DNA of 64,000 bases from Octopus sinensis (Eukaryota): contig NC_042999.1 in NCBI RefSeq assembly GCF_006345805.1, forward strand, positions 24,924,001 to 24,988,000, given 5' to 3'. Shown piece after piece: positions 1-14,068 of this stretch. The notes beneath the pieces are model-generated. The model was given only the letters and a program-made list of their open reading frames with translations. It did not search any database and had not been told where the DNA came from. Position numbers and translations under genes: made by a program. Each line of letters begins with the position of its first letter. The first letter of the stretch is position 1.

Positions 1-2059
<2,059 letters not shown>

Positions 2060-2060
<1 letters not shown>

Positions 2061-2806
2061 CGTAAAATACTCCAAGCAACCGTACGACAGGCACCCATGC
2101 CAACCCCCTTTGCTTGTGAAGACATGTTGGGGCAAGCGAAATCGAAATCGAATTGAACCAGCCAGGATCCCTGGTCTGGTGGTACGTAAAGCACTATCCG
2201 ACTCGTGGCCGTGGCACGTAAAATACTCCAATGCGACCGTACGACAGGCACCCTTGCCAACCCCCTTTGCTTGTGAAGACATGTTGGGGCAAGCGAAATC
2301 GAAATCGAATTGAACCAGCCAGTATCCCTGGTCTGGTGGTACGTAAAGCACTATCCGACTCGTGGCCGTGGCACGTAAAATACTCCAATGCGACCGTACG
2401 ACAGGCACCCTTGCCAACCCCCTTTGCTTGTGAAGACATGTTGGGGCAAGCGAAATCGAATCGAATTGAACCAGCCAGGATCCCTGGTCTGGTGGTACGT
2501 AAAAAGCACTATCCGACTCGTGGCCGATGCCAGCACCGCCTCGACTGGCTTCCGTGCCGGTGGCACATAAAATACACCAATCTGACCGTGGCCGTTGCCA
2601 GCCCCCCTGGCACCTGTGCAGGTGGCACGTAAAAAGCACCCACTACACTCACGGAGTGGTTGGCGTTAGGAAGGCATCCAGCTGTAGAAACATTGCCAAA
2701 TTAGACTGGAGCCTGGTGCAGCCTTCTGGCTTCCCAGAACCCGGTCGAACCGTCCAACCCATGCTAGCATGGAGAACGGACGTTAAACGACGATGATGAT
2801 GATGAT
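2060..2806 (+). mobile_element. RTE 3'UTR copy with 157-bp triplication
   Basis: Family tail ccaacccatgctagcatgg...aaacgatgatgat. Confidence 0.85.
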
Positions 2807-2851
2807 ATATATATATAAATATATATATATTATATTATATATATATAAAAT

Positions 2852-2882
<31 letters not shown>

Positions 2883-3002
2883 AAATATATATATATATAA
2901 ATATATATATATATTAAATATATAAAAATATAAAATATATATAAATATATATATATATATAATATATATAAATATATATATTATATTTATATATATATTA
3001 TA

Positions 3003-3043
<41 letters not shown>

Positions 3044-3063
3044 ATATAAATATATATATATAT
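2807..3063. repeat. (TA)n microsatellite
   Basis: Direct inspection. Confidence 0.9.
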
Positions 3064-3365
3064 GTGGATGCGCAATGGCCCAGTGGTTAGGGCATTGGAC
3101 TTGCGGTTGTAGGATCGTGGTCTCGATTCCCAGACCGGGCGTTGTGAGTGTTTATTGAGCGAAAACACCTAAGCTCCACGAGGCTCCGGCGGGGGGTGGT
3201 GGCGATCCCTGCCACACACTTTCGCCACAACTTTCTCTCACCCTTTCTTCCGTTGGCCTGCTCACTTAGCCAGCGGGGTGGCGTCATTTGAAGGCTAAAA
3301 CAATGCAAAGCGCATTGTGACCAGCGATATGTAGCAACATCTGATAGCCTGGTCGGTCATGGTGA
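3064..3365 (+). mobile_element. tRNA-derived SINE (tail type 1)
   Basis: Same head; tail shared with 57066 and 63925. Confidence 0.85.
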
Positions 3366-3545
3366 TATATATATATATATATATATATAATACACAAACA
3401 CACACACCCATGGTGGACTTTTCTTTCACTGGTTAAGCCTGAGGTCATGCTGGGACACTATGTCTGAGAAAGATTTAAGTTAAACAGCAAAGTATCCTAC
3501 TCTTAATAGTTGTTCATTTTTCTTGATTAAAACTGGTTTACTTAC

Positions 3546-3625
3546 CTCAAATTCATCCAGAACAATTTTACATAAAGCATCTAAATTGTTAAGTCCATCA
3601 ACTAAAACTTCCACAGCAGGAATAA
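3546..3625 (-). CDS. POLR1D: AC19-like exon ([26 protein letters not shown])
   Basis: ctttag acceptor, GAG|gtaagt donor. Confidence 0.9.
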
Positions 3626-6600
3626 CTAAAGACAAAGACAGAAAAGAAAATTAAAATAAATAAGACTGTATTTTGCTACACACATACACACACTCTTTAC
3701 TCTTTTACTTGTTTCAGTCATTTGACTGCGGCCATGCTGGAGCACCGCCTTTAGTCGAGCAAATCGACCCCAGTACTTATTCTATCGGTCTCTTTTGCCG
3801 AACCGCTAAGTTACAGGGACATAAACACACCAGCATCGTTGTCAAGCAATGCTAGGGGGACAAACACAGACACACAAACACACTCACACATATATATATA
3901 CATACACATATACAACGGACTTCTTTGAGTTTCTGTCTACCAAGTCCACTCACAAGGCTTTGGTCGGCCCGAGGCTATAGAAGAAGACACTTGCCCAAGA
4001 TGCCATGCAGTGGGACTGAACCCGGAACCATGTGGTTGGTTAGCAAGCTACTTACCACACAGCCACACATGTATATAATATATATATTTGTTTATACACA
4101 AACTGCATATAACCTATATTTCTAAACAAAAAAAATTGTTTTCTCCAGATCATCATCATCATCATCATCATCGTTTAACGTCCGTTCTCCATGCTAGCAT
4201 GGGTTGGACGGTTCGACCGGGGTTCTGGGAAGCCAGAAGGCTGCACCAGGCTCCAGTCTAATCTGGCAATGTTTCTACAGCTGGATGCCCTTCCTAACGC
4301 CAACCACTCCAGATGTAGTTGATTATTTACATACATTATGCTTATGCACACCCATGTAGGATAATTTGCATAGAGTAGTTCATATACTATTCCTCAAATA
4401 CATGCCACTTGATTCTTGAGATTATTTTTTACTTATTCAAAGTCAGGTCCGATTGGCACCAAGCAATGGAAGTGGGGATTATTTCAATAACTCAAGAATT
4501 TACCCACATAAACTTGTATCTAACCTAACACTACGAAACTGGTTATTAACCTATGTGGAAACTGTTTTAATTAAAATACCCCACTACAAAATGACAACAT
4601 TTTATCTGCCCTTCCATGTGTTGTATCGAATGTAGACAACCTATGTCACAAAAATATCACACCCTGCAGAATGCCAGCATCCTGTTTGCTCCAACACTTG
4701 AATTTACCAATAAAATAAATGATGTCACTGTAATGGCAAAGAGAATTATTCAATTTGAAGTGACCAACAGCAGTCTAAAGAGAATTATACAACTTGAAGT
4801 GACCAACAGCAGTCTAAAGAGAATTATACAATTTGAAGTGACCAACAGCAGTCTAAAGAGAATTATACAATTTGAAGTGACCAACAGCAGCAGTCTAAAT
4901 ACTTTCACTTAGAGTCACTTAAAATTTATTTAAACTCCAGTCTACCTTGAAACATTTGTGATGATATGAACATGTTCTATAACCCTAAAATCTAAGTAAT
5001 CTAACTGTTGTGTATGTGTGTGTGTTGAATGTACAATGAGTTAAAGAGTATATAATACATATTATATTTATTTGTTCAAAGATGATGATTCACCATCTCT
5101 ATTCAGAGTTGCCATGAAAATAATTTCTGTACACTAATTAAATTCAGAATAGATCAAATATGGGAAATGACATAAAATCTCTGTATTTCAATAATTAATA
5201 ACTAATCCAAGTGTTCAGTAAAATGAGTGGTCAAAGTGAAGTTGTGAAAGTGAAAGTTGTGAAAATCATTAGTGACAGGAGTGTCTGGCTAGGTTCTCAC
5301 ACCAGATACTCTAGAGCCCTTACTTGAACGTTTGTATAGAATAACATATAGTAGTAATATTTTACACGAGGGAAAGAAGTGGAAACTTGTTCCATATAAG
5401 AAATAACAGTGTACAAGGGACAAAATAACCAGTTACTTTTAGAGAAATAAACTATTTTTTATACACAGATCTGTAATATTTCAAAAGCTAATGTAAAGCA
5501 AAGGTTTTGAAGGGTTGTAGGTATCACACAGAATGTTGTGAGGGTAGGGGTAAGAATACACAAATATGAAAGAAACTGTTAGAAAACTGACTGATTTTCC
5601 CCAGTTCCTTTATAAAAAAACACATTATGCAATCCATTGCCCTTGTTGAAGACACAACTTGAGCCTCAGGTGTCTTAAATGGAGTCTACTCTGTTAGAAG
5701 GATTGAGATGTTGTGTCTCAGGAGATATAATATATTAATGTATGGTTACACTTTTCAGTATCAACAGCTTTTTTTATTTGTTATGCTTTATCCTTCCTTC
5801 TGCTATATACCCAGTTGCCTCAGAATCCTATGAGAGTCATGATAGTTATCTTTCTTCCTCTGAGTAAGAAAAACGTTTTGTTTATCACGTTAAGGAAGAA
5901 AATAGAAAAAGTGAAGTTGAGTAACACTGGAAAATAAAAGGATTAAAAAGTATAACATACCTTTGCTTTGTATCCGGAAATTTATCTGTTTGTCAAAGGG
6001 ATGAGGTACACCATATCCACAAAATTCCACTCTAGGACTGAAACATAAAAGCATCATCAGTTACACCACCTCTACTCATGTCTTACAACTGCCTTCATTG
6101 GCAATATATTATCTCTCCTGAGACACAACATCTCAATCCTTCTAACAGAGTAGACTCCACTTAAGGCACCTGAGATCCAAGTTGTGTGTTAAAGAAGGGT
6201 AATGTGGATTGCACAATTCTTTTTTCAAAAAAAAAAAAAGGAACTACTGAAAATCAGTCAGTTTCCACATCAAACAGTTTTTCCCACTTTTGGCTCCTAC
6301 CAAAGTCGCCTTACTGGCACCTGTGCCGCTGGCATGTGTAAAAGGATTCGAGCAAGGTCGTTGCCAATACCACCTGACTGGCCCCCGTGCCGGGGCATGT
6401 AAAAAGCACCCATTACACTCTCGGAGTGGTTGGCGTTAGGAAGGGCATCCAGCTGTAGAAACTCTGCCAAATAAAGATTGGAGCCTGGTGCAACCATCTG
6501 GTTCGCCAGCCCTCAGTCAAAATCGTCCAACCCATGCTAGCACAGAAAGCGGACGTTTAACGATGATGATGATGCACAGTAGCTCTAACACCATCTTTTT

Positions 6601-9600
6601 ACCTTCCCATTCTGACAGTCAACTTTATATTCTAAGATGGCCAGCTATTACTTTCTAATAACATCTTCACAAGCTACAGAATTTTTCAGTCTATTTCCTC
6701 ATATTAGCTATGTCCTTTATCTGGTTAACCACCAAACTTTTAGGGGTAGAACTGATTGTTGGGTAGCCTATGGCAGGCTGGTAGAATCATGTGACTGTTC
6801 CCACAGATACACTGCAATGGTTTAAGTTTTGAACATATAGCTTTATGGAACGGTGCCTTATGGAACTTGCCATAGTGAAAGAACATTAAGCTTAAATAAT
6901 AATTACTCTCTTAATATACAAATCTATGAACTTACATTAAAAAAAGCCCGAAGATATCTCACATTTGATAACAGAAAATAGAAATATTTAAAAAAAAAAA
7001 AAAACAGCACAGCTGAGGTATGGCTGCATGGTTAAGAAGTTTCATTGCTACATGATTTCGGATTCAAACCCATGGCACTTGGACAGGTGTTGTCTACCAT
7101 AACCTTGGGTTGCCCAATACTGTGTGTGTAAATGTTTTGTATATTTATAGGTAGTGGAGTGTTTACAAATGCACACAGAATTAGTTTTTGAAAAAGTAAA
7201 AGATCTCAATATCTTAAAGTAAATATTTATATCTGTTACAGTTCCAGTTTACAGCATACCATTACTCAGAACTTACATCAGCCAACACATAGAAAGCAGA
7301 CATCAAAGGATGTCTAATGATACTGATGAAGTATGTATGTGTGAGTATATTACACTGTTGTAATCGTAATATGGTCATCTAGTATACAGTTAATGCACAA
7401 TTTGAGCCCTGTGGATGGTTGTTACTTTTTTTCTATCAAAAGATTTTACCCAATATACTCTGTGGAGGCACATGGCCTAGTGGTTAGAGCAGCGGACTCG
7501 CGGTCATGGGATCGCAGGTTCGAATCTCAGACCGGACGATATGTGTGTTTATGAGCGAAACACCTAAGTTCCATGCGGCTTCGGTAGAAGGTAATGGCGA
7601 AACTTCTGCTGACTCTTTCGCCACAACTTTCTCTCACTCTTTCCTCCTGCATCTTGCAGCTCACCTGTGATGGACCGGCGTCCCGTCCAGGTGGGGAACC
7701 TATACGCCAAGAAACTGGGAAACCAGCCCTTATGAGCCAGGTATGGCTCGAGAAGGAACAACAAAAACAATATACTCTGAACTATTATCATAGCTCCTTT
7801 TTTATTTCTATATGTCAGTGTGTATATGCCACCAATAAATTGGAATCTTTTAACCTTTACCTGTCTCAGTCATTGGACTGTGACCATGCTGGGGCACTAC
7901 CTTGAAGGGTTTAGTTGAATGACTTGACCCCAGTACTATTTTTTAAAGTCTGGTACTTAATCTGTCAATCTCATGCCAAACTGCTATGTTACAGGGACGA
8001 AAACAAACCAACACTAGTTGTCAAGTGGTGGTGCAGGAAAACACACACACACATATATGACAGGCTTCTTTTAATTTCCATCTACCAATTCCATTCATGA
8101 GACTTTGGTCAACCCAGGGATATAATAGAAGACACCTGACTTGTGTGTAGCAGATGTAAGATTTGTTCTCGTAGACTGGTAGGAATGACTAGTCTCATAC
8201 CATACAGTAAACATCCATGACACGGGCACTGAACCCAGAATATATTTTTCTGTCAGTTTTAGGCCCATTTGTACCAAGATGTACTAAGCCATTAAATTAA
8301 ATATGAAAACATTTGATGGCAGTGCTTCATCATGGCCACTGTCCCATAAAAGGATAGAAGAATAAAGAATAAGCATTAACTATAATAAACCATAAAGGAA
8401 CAAATGATTTGGTCGTTACTTACTCTTTCATGATAACATAACGTAATGCATTGCCAAGTGTGTGGTCTTCATTGTGTAAGATAAATGTCTGGCTGAGGGA
8501 GTCAATACTTTCTAGATGTGGTAGCTGTAACATAAAATCACAGAAAGTGTATGTGTTTGAATATATATATTATATATATATATATATGATTATTATTATT
8601 TGAGGGAATAAAATCCAAACTTACAAGGAAAAAGAATTCAATTTAGAAATACTAAATCAAATTCCACACAATATAATATATATATATATAAATATTAGAA
8701 AAAACCCACCTTTTATCAATTCAAAATGAATAATTAAATTACACCATCTAGAAAATTACATATAAGAGAAAAGTTAAAATTTTGTAATTTACTTAATTTT
8801 TACTTTTTATTGTTTAATTTTAACTTTTCTATTATATGTAATTTTCTAGATGGTGTAATTTAATTATTCATTTTGAATTGATAAAAGGTGGTTTTTTTTC
8901 TAATATTTTTATATATATATACACACACATATATCAATAATATTAATACACTTAGTTTTGTTTGTTTTTATACGTACCTGTGGTGTCACACTTCAAAGGA
9001 AGAGGTAAAAAGATTGAAGGGAGAGGTACAAAAAAAAAAAAAAGAGAAATAAAAGGTATTAAGCTGTTATGTTTTAATATAGTATTATTAACTTGGATTG
9101 CATTACTCGAATGCAAGCCAATAATGGAGTCAATATGTGAGCAAATACAACACAATATACACTCAAAAATATGCACTGATTAAAAAAAACAGCAGAACCT
9201 AAAGATCCACATGCAAAAAGTATCACACCACTTACAAAACAAACTAGTATTTAATCGACCCCGAAAGGATGAAAGGCAAAGTCAACCTCTGCGGAATTTG
9301 AACTCAGAACGTAGCGGCAGATGAAATACCACTAAGCATTTCGCCTGGTGTGCTAACGATTCTGCCAGCTCGCTGCCTTAAACTGAAATTTGCATGGAAT
9401 CTGTTGGAATGGAGCAAAAATCCATATTCACAAATATTCTGAGCAATAATATAGTAAAATAAGCTGAATCATTGAGATTTTCCAGTCAATGAAACTGAGG
9501 GGATTGAAGCAAGAAAGTAAAATGATTGGGTAGCAAGTTATATTCAATCCACAAGAGAAATTCATAAAGTGATTTTCCCTTGAAGCAAGTGAAAATCAAA

Positions 9601-10749
9601 ATCAAAAGCTAAATCGATCAACATCAATGGAAATTGTAGCTGTGATACCAGTGCCGGTGGCACATAAGAGAACCGTCCGAACGTGGCCTTTGCCAGCGCC
9701 GCCCTGTAAAAACACCATCCGATCGTGGCTGTTGCCAGCCTTACCTGGCCTCCGTGCCGGTGGCACGTAAAAAGCACCATCCGATCGTGGCCGTTTGCCA
9801 GCCTCGTCTGGCACGTAAAAAGCACCAACTACACTCACGGAGTGGTTGGCGTTAGGAAGGGCATCCAGCCATAGAAACATTGCCAGATCAGACTGGGCCT
9901 GGTGCAGCCTTCTGGCTTCCCAGACCCCAGTTGAACCGTCCAACCCATGCTAGCATGGAAAGCGGACGCTAAACGATGATGATGATCAACCTCAGAACAG
10001 AGACTGAGAAAGGAAAAACTTTAGCCCTCATCATGCTTGCTGCAAGTTTATTTGAAGGCAACAGTTCAGGAGGTTTTGCTTAAATAAGCTCTTAAACATG
10101 TGGATTCATCTAAAAGGATCTGTTTACACATATACTACCACTACTGGATCTTTTCTGTTTGAACGGCAGTTTTTTAACATAATTTCTAGGTAACTAAAAA
10201 GTTTTAAACTTCGTATACTGGTAGAATGTGTTTATAAAACATCTTTTTCTCTTGGCTTTATTGAGAAAATTCTATAGTGTGTAAGATATTTGTTGTTTTT
10301 TTTTCTTCTTCAATTTCTGCAATTTCAACCAATCACTGACGTCCATTGAGGTAAACAACATTCTGTGCCGTATGAATATTTCCCTCGTTTAAGAAACAGA
10401 TTGGGTTTATTTACATTTGTGAAGAAAAAAAGATACCCTTCCCCCCACCCCTAACCCTAAAATAGATTGAAATGTAATAGATCGATACTAGGGTAATAAT
10501 TATGGGTGACAATTTCATATGACACCGCTAGAGAAAACTGCCATTCAAACCGAAAAGATCCCCACTACTACAAAGATGATGAATGACATTAATATTCATT
10601 GGTATGACATCAGCTGGAACAGAGAAAAACTATGGCAAAAGGACTGGGATGTTAATAGAAATGTTGATGAAAATACATATTCACAAACATTCCTAGCAAT
10701 AATATTTAAATAAAGCAACTTACTGACTTTCTGTTTTCATCATCAAAAT
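3546..10749 (-). CDS. POLR1D: RNA polymerase I/III shared subunit RPAC2/AC19 core; final exon not resolved
   Basis: Minus-strand exons 10749-10724, 8524-8424, 6037-5961, 3625-3546, all AG/GT bounded and phase-consistent: [102 protein letters not shown] and FCGY..PHP are Rpb11/AC19 signatures; FCGY favours AC19 over RPB11. Confidence 0.9.
3695..4066 (-). mobile_element. SINE family B (aggcgcaggagtggctgtgtgg head, internal TA microsatellite)
   Basis: Multi-copy, about 400 bp, tRNA-like head. Confidence 0.85.
4738..4897. repeat. 39-bp minisatellite, 4 copies
   Basis: Unit aaagagaattatacaatttgaagtgaccaacagcagtct. Confidence 0.95.
5631..6210. repeat. Inverted repeat (about 105-bp arms, 45-bp perfect core) enclosing an AC19 exon
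   Basis: 5681-5725 is the exact reverse complement of 6114-6158. Confidence 0.95.
5961..6037 (-). CDS. POLR1D: AC19-like exon ([25 protein letters not shown])
   Basis: tttcag acceptor, G|gtatgt donor. Confidence 0.93.
6300..6575 (+). mobile_element. RTE 3'UTR copy
   Basis: Family tail and (GAT)n. Confidence 0.85.
7462..7767 (+). mobile_element. tRNA-derived SINE (tail type 3), 11-bp TSD
   Basis: caatatactct on both flanks. Confidence 0.9.
8424..8524 (-). CDS. POLR1D: AC19-like exon (LPHLE...[21 protein letters not shown])
   Basis: ttacag acceptor, GA|gtaagt donor. Confidence 0.93.
8590..8910. mobile_element. AT-rich TA-flanked element with internal foldback
   Basis: gagggaataaaatccaaacttacaagg start shared with the 38416 and 41751 copies; inverted arms about 8690-8779 and 8818-8910. 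Confidence 0.7.
9590..9987 (+). mobile_element. RTE 3'UTR copy
   Basis: Family tail and (GAT)n. Confidence 0.85.
10146..10561. mobile_element. MITE, GGATC-start TIRs of about 28 bp, 8-bp TSD (Merlin-like)
   Basis: TIR ggatcttttcggtttgaacggcagtttt; TSD ccactact. Confidence 0.88.
10724..10749 (-). CDS. POLR1D: 26-nt micro-exon (D-FDDENRKS), phase 1 to 0
   Basis: Long pyrimidine tract plus tttcag acceptor, gtaagt donor; supplies the phase needed by the 8524 exon. Confidence 0.75.
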
Positions 10750-10906
10750 CTGAAATGAGAAACAAAACAGAAAAATCAATTACAGAACAAAAATGTCTTG
10801 CAATCAACTTGCACATGCAAGTGCTACCAGTCAAAAACTCCACATACTGGAAGCCAGCAAGTGTATGGGGTCATCAGGAGAGAATGCGCGCCGTTTCGAT
10901 ACCTAC

Positions 10907-10919
10907 CTCTTGACGGCAT
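10907..10919 (-). CDS. Candidate alternative first coding exon (MPSR + G) for a CARD-less AC19
   Basis: ATGCCGTCAAGAG|gtaggt, phase 1, 157-nt intron to the micro-exon, in-frame upstream TAG; weak Kozak context. Confidence 0.4.
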
Positions 10920-11681
10920 CAATGCCCACTGGCACCCCCCACTGATATGAGGCCCTGCTTGCTAGATCAGCTGGTTATCAAATAAAGCTCAATATCCTTC
11001 TAGCCATCGCCTCTTTTTAACCAAATCCAGTGGCTAACCTTCTCCACTGTAGATTGGATATCGGTCATGGTGGTATTGACTTTACGATGAGTTAGGCCTA
11101 GCGATAACAACAGTCATCTCACACTGTGTCCAACGAACTTCGATTGGAAAATGTTCCGCTTTAATTTTAATTTCTCTTTTTTAATCATTGAGTCCAATCT
11201 TCAGTACCACTTACATTCACTTCCCTGTAACTTGAGGGTATGCCCAGACTCATCTTCACCACCGAGTTTTCTCTCTCTCTTTCTTTTCCAACTGTGGTAG
11301 CCATGTATCTCCTTTATAGCAAGACATCTGTTTCTGCCCCTCTATCATATTTTAACCACACATCACTTAATACCAACACCTCCTCCCTCGACAGAGAGGC
11401 CCAGTTTTGTAGGTTACTTGGTAGTTTCACTGGTGTTGGTACCACATAAAAAGTACTCAGTACACAGTAATGTGGTTGGTGTTAGGAAGGGTATTCAGTG
11501 ATAGAAACCATACCAAAGCAGAAATTAGAGCTTGGCACAATCCTCTGTTTGACGGCTCCTGTTGAATAGTCCGACCCATGCTAACATAGAAAATGGACAT
11601 TAAATGGTGATTTGCTACAAAAGACTGCAGTGAAAATAAGAAAGGTCAACAAATAAAAGAAGGTAAGGAAAGCAGATCATT

Positions 11682-11983
11682 GTTTGTTCCTTCTTGAGCC
11701 ATGCTTGGCTCATAAGGGCCAGTTTCCCGGTTTCCTTGGCGTATAGGTTCCCCACCTGGACGGGACGCTGGTCCATCGCAGGTGAGGTGCAAGATGCAGC
11801 AGGAAAGAGTGAGAGAAAGTTGAGGCGAAAGAGTCAGCAGAAGTTCACCATTACCTTCTGCCGGAGCTGTGTGGAGCTTAGGTGTTTCGCTCATAAACAC
11901 ACACATCACCCGGTCTGAGATTCAAACCCGCGATCCCTCGACCGCGAGTCCGCTGCTCTAACCATTAGGCCATGTGCCTCCAC
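11682..11983 (-). mobile_element. tRNA-derived SINE (tail type 3), 13-bp TSD
   Basis: aaagcagatcatt on both flanks. Confidence 0.9.
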
Positions 11984-12319
11984 AAAGCAGATCATTCATA
12001 AAGGCTAGTCTCTCGTCCATATGCATCACATACTCAAACCAACAGTTTTCTCTCTTGCACACTACTTCTGATTCCTTATGCTCAATTTTCCTCTCAATAC
12101 ATTTGTTCTCCATCAAACATCACACGCTGACACTGCACATCCAGTGGGAAATGCTTATTTTGTTCTTTTCTAGTCTTTGCAGCTCCTCTACATTCAAGGG
12201 CCATATCTCACTCGCATGTAGCACTGCTATTTGCACACAACCATAGTACAATATACTTTTTACAGAGAGAGAAAACTTTTACTGCCAACAAAGGTATATT
12301 GCTCTTATTCTGGCTACTG

Positions 12320-12480
12320 TAATTCAAGAACACAGTCCTCCATTGTTAATTGGTCACCTAGATAACAGATGCTATCTACTACTTCTAAGGATCCGCTTAG
12401 GCATTTGAAAGCATTTATTTCCCATGTACTCTTAGAGTTTATTACTCTTGTGCATCTGCTACATACATCTGCTTTCTCTG
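12320..12480 (-). mobile_element. Degenerate RTE RT C-terminal fragment
   Basis: LEVVDSICYLGD resembles the F.YLG motif. Confidence 0.65.
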
Positions 12481-12708
12481 TTAACCCTTTCATTCCCATA
12501 TTTATTTTGAGATGTTCTGTGTTTCTTTCAATTACTTTAAACATAACAAAATATTTAGTAAAATGACTGAGTTATCATTAAGCTAGTGTTAGGAACATAA
12601 ATTGTGACTAAGGTTTGGTGGAAGATTTAAATTCAGAACTTATGAAAACAAGACATTTGTACTCAGAGTCAGAGCCGGTTTCAGGCGGGTTGGTAACAAA
12701 AGGGTTAA
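12481..12708. mobile_element. TTAA-flanked MITE (piggyBac-like), family G
   Basis: ttaa-ccctttc...aaaaggg-ttaa. Confidence 0.8.
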
Positions 12709-13176
12709 ACTGCCTGATTGCACTGCACCTTTTGTGTGGCCAGGTTTGTACTAAGTACTCCATATCAAAATTCTACTCACTCCTTTTCTACATAAAGCAC
12801 AACAATAAATGTATTCCTCTCATAATGCTTGTCCTCTCTCATCGTTTAAACTCTGAAGTCAACTTTCTCCTGTTCTCCTCTCAGCCATGAGTCCCTTTAG
12901 TTTCGCAAGTTACAAGACAAATTCACTAGTGCTAATGCCAAGAAAAAAAGCACCTAGCAAACCCTGTAATGTAGATGGCATCTAGTTATAGAAACTGTAG
13001 TGGGAATATATATTCAGTACCAGGTGTTGATATGACTGTGTGTATATTATTACAGGAGTTCATATAGAGATGAAGAATAAATTCTAGAACTATATATTTA
13101 CTATATGAAAATATATTTTATTTACTGGTTGATGATGATACATAATCAAAATGTAGAAGCTACTTGAATGAAGTAA

Positions 13177-14068
13177 TCATCATCATCATCGTTTAGCGTC
13201 CACTTTCCATGCTAGCATGGGTTGGATGGTTCAACTGGGGTCTGGGAAGCCAGAAGGCTGCACCAGGCCCAGTCTGATCTGGCAATGTTTCTATGGCTGG
13301 ATGCCTCTCCTAACGCCAACCACTCCGTGAGTGTAGAGGGTGCTTTTTATGTGCCACTGGCACAGGTGCCAGACGAGTCTGGCAAACGGCCACGATCGGA
13401 TGGTGCTTTTTACGTGCCACCGGCACAGGTGCCAGACGAGGCTAGCAAACAGCCACGATCGGATGGTGCTTTTTACGTGCCACCGGCACAGGTGCCAGAC
13501 GAGGCTAGCAAACAGCCACGATCGGATGGTGCTTTTTACGTGCCACCGGCACAGGTGCCAGACGAGGCTAGCAAACAGCCACGATCGGATGGTGCTTTTT
13601 ACGTGCCAGACAAGGCTAGCAAACAGCCACGATCGGATGGTGCTTTTTACGTACCACCGGCACAGGTGCCAGACGAGGCTAGCAAACAGCCACGATCGGA
13701 TGGTGCTTTTTACGTGCCAGACGAGGCTAGCAAACAGCCACGATCGGATGGTGCTTTTTACGTGCCAGACGAGGCTAGCAAACAGCCACGATCGGGTGGT
13801 GCTTTTTACGTGCCACCGGCACAGGTGCCAGACGGGGCTAGCAAACAGCCATGATCGGATGGTGCTTTTTACATGCCACTGGCACGGAGGCCAGTCGGGG
13901 CAGCGCTGGCAACGGCCACGTTCGGATGGATCTCTTACGTACCACCGGCACTGGTATCACAGCTGCAATTTCCATTGATGTAGATCGATTTCGATTTTCA
14001 CTTGCATCAACAGGTCTTCACAAGTAGAGTTTTGTGTCCCAAGAAGGAAAGGTATGCATAAGTGGACT
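13177..14068 (-). mobile_element. RTE 3'UTR copy with expanded internal 45/57-bp tandem array
   Basis: (CAT)n start on plus; repeated ggatggtgctttttacgtgcca units. Confidence 0.88.

Noticed and set aside
4616-4912. 98-aa ORF with repeats
   Set aside because: Explained by the 39-bp minisatellite; no splice signals or homology.
10860-10930. GAAAC and CTGATGA motifs on the minus strand resembling a hammerhead
   Set aside because: Order and pairing do not give a valid topology: no GUH with stem III and no stem II closing pair.
11050-11075. Strong-Kozak ATG (accaccATGA, MTDIQSTVEK|gttagc) as an AC19 start
   Set aside because: The donor is weak and phase 0, so it would have to skip the well-defined micro-exon; less parsimonious than the other two models.
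13222-13978. 210- and 212-aa ORFs with repeated PDEASKQPRSDGAFYV / TCQTRLANSHDRMVLF
   Set aside because: They are translations of the RTE 3'UTR tandem array; the same peptides appear in many repeat copies on both strands.
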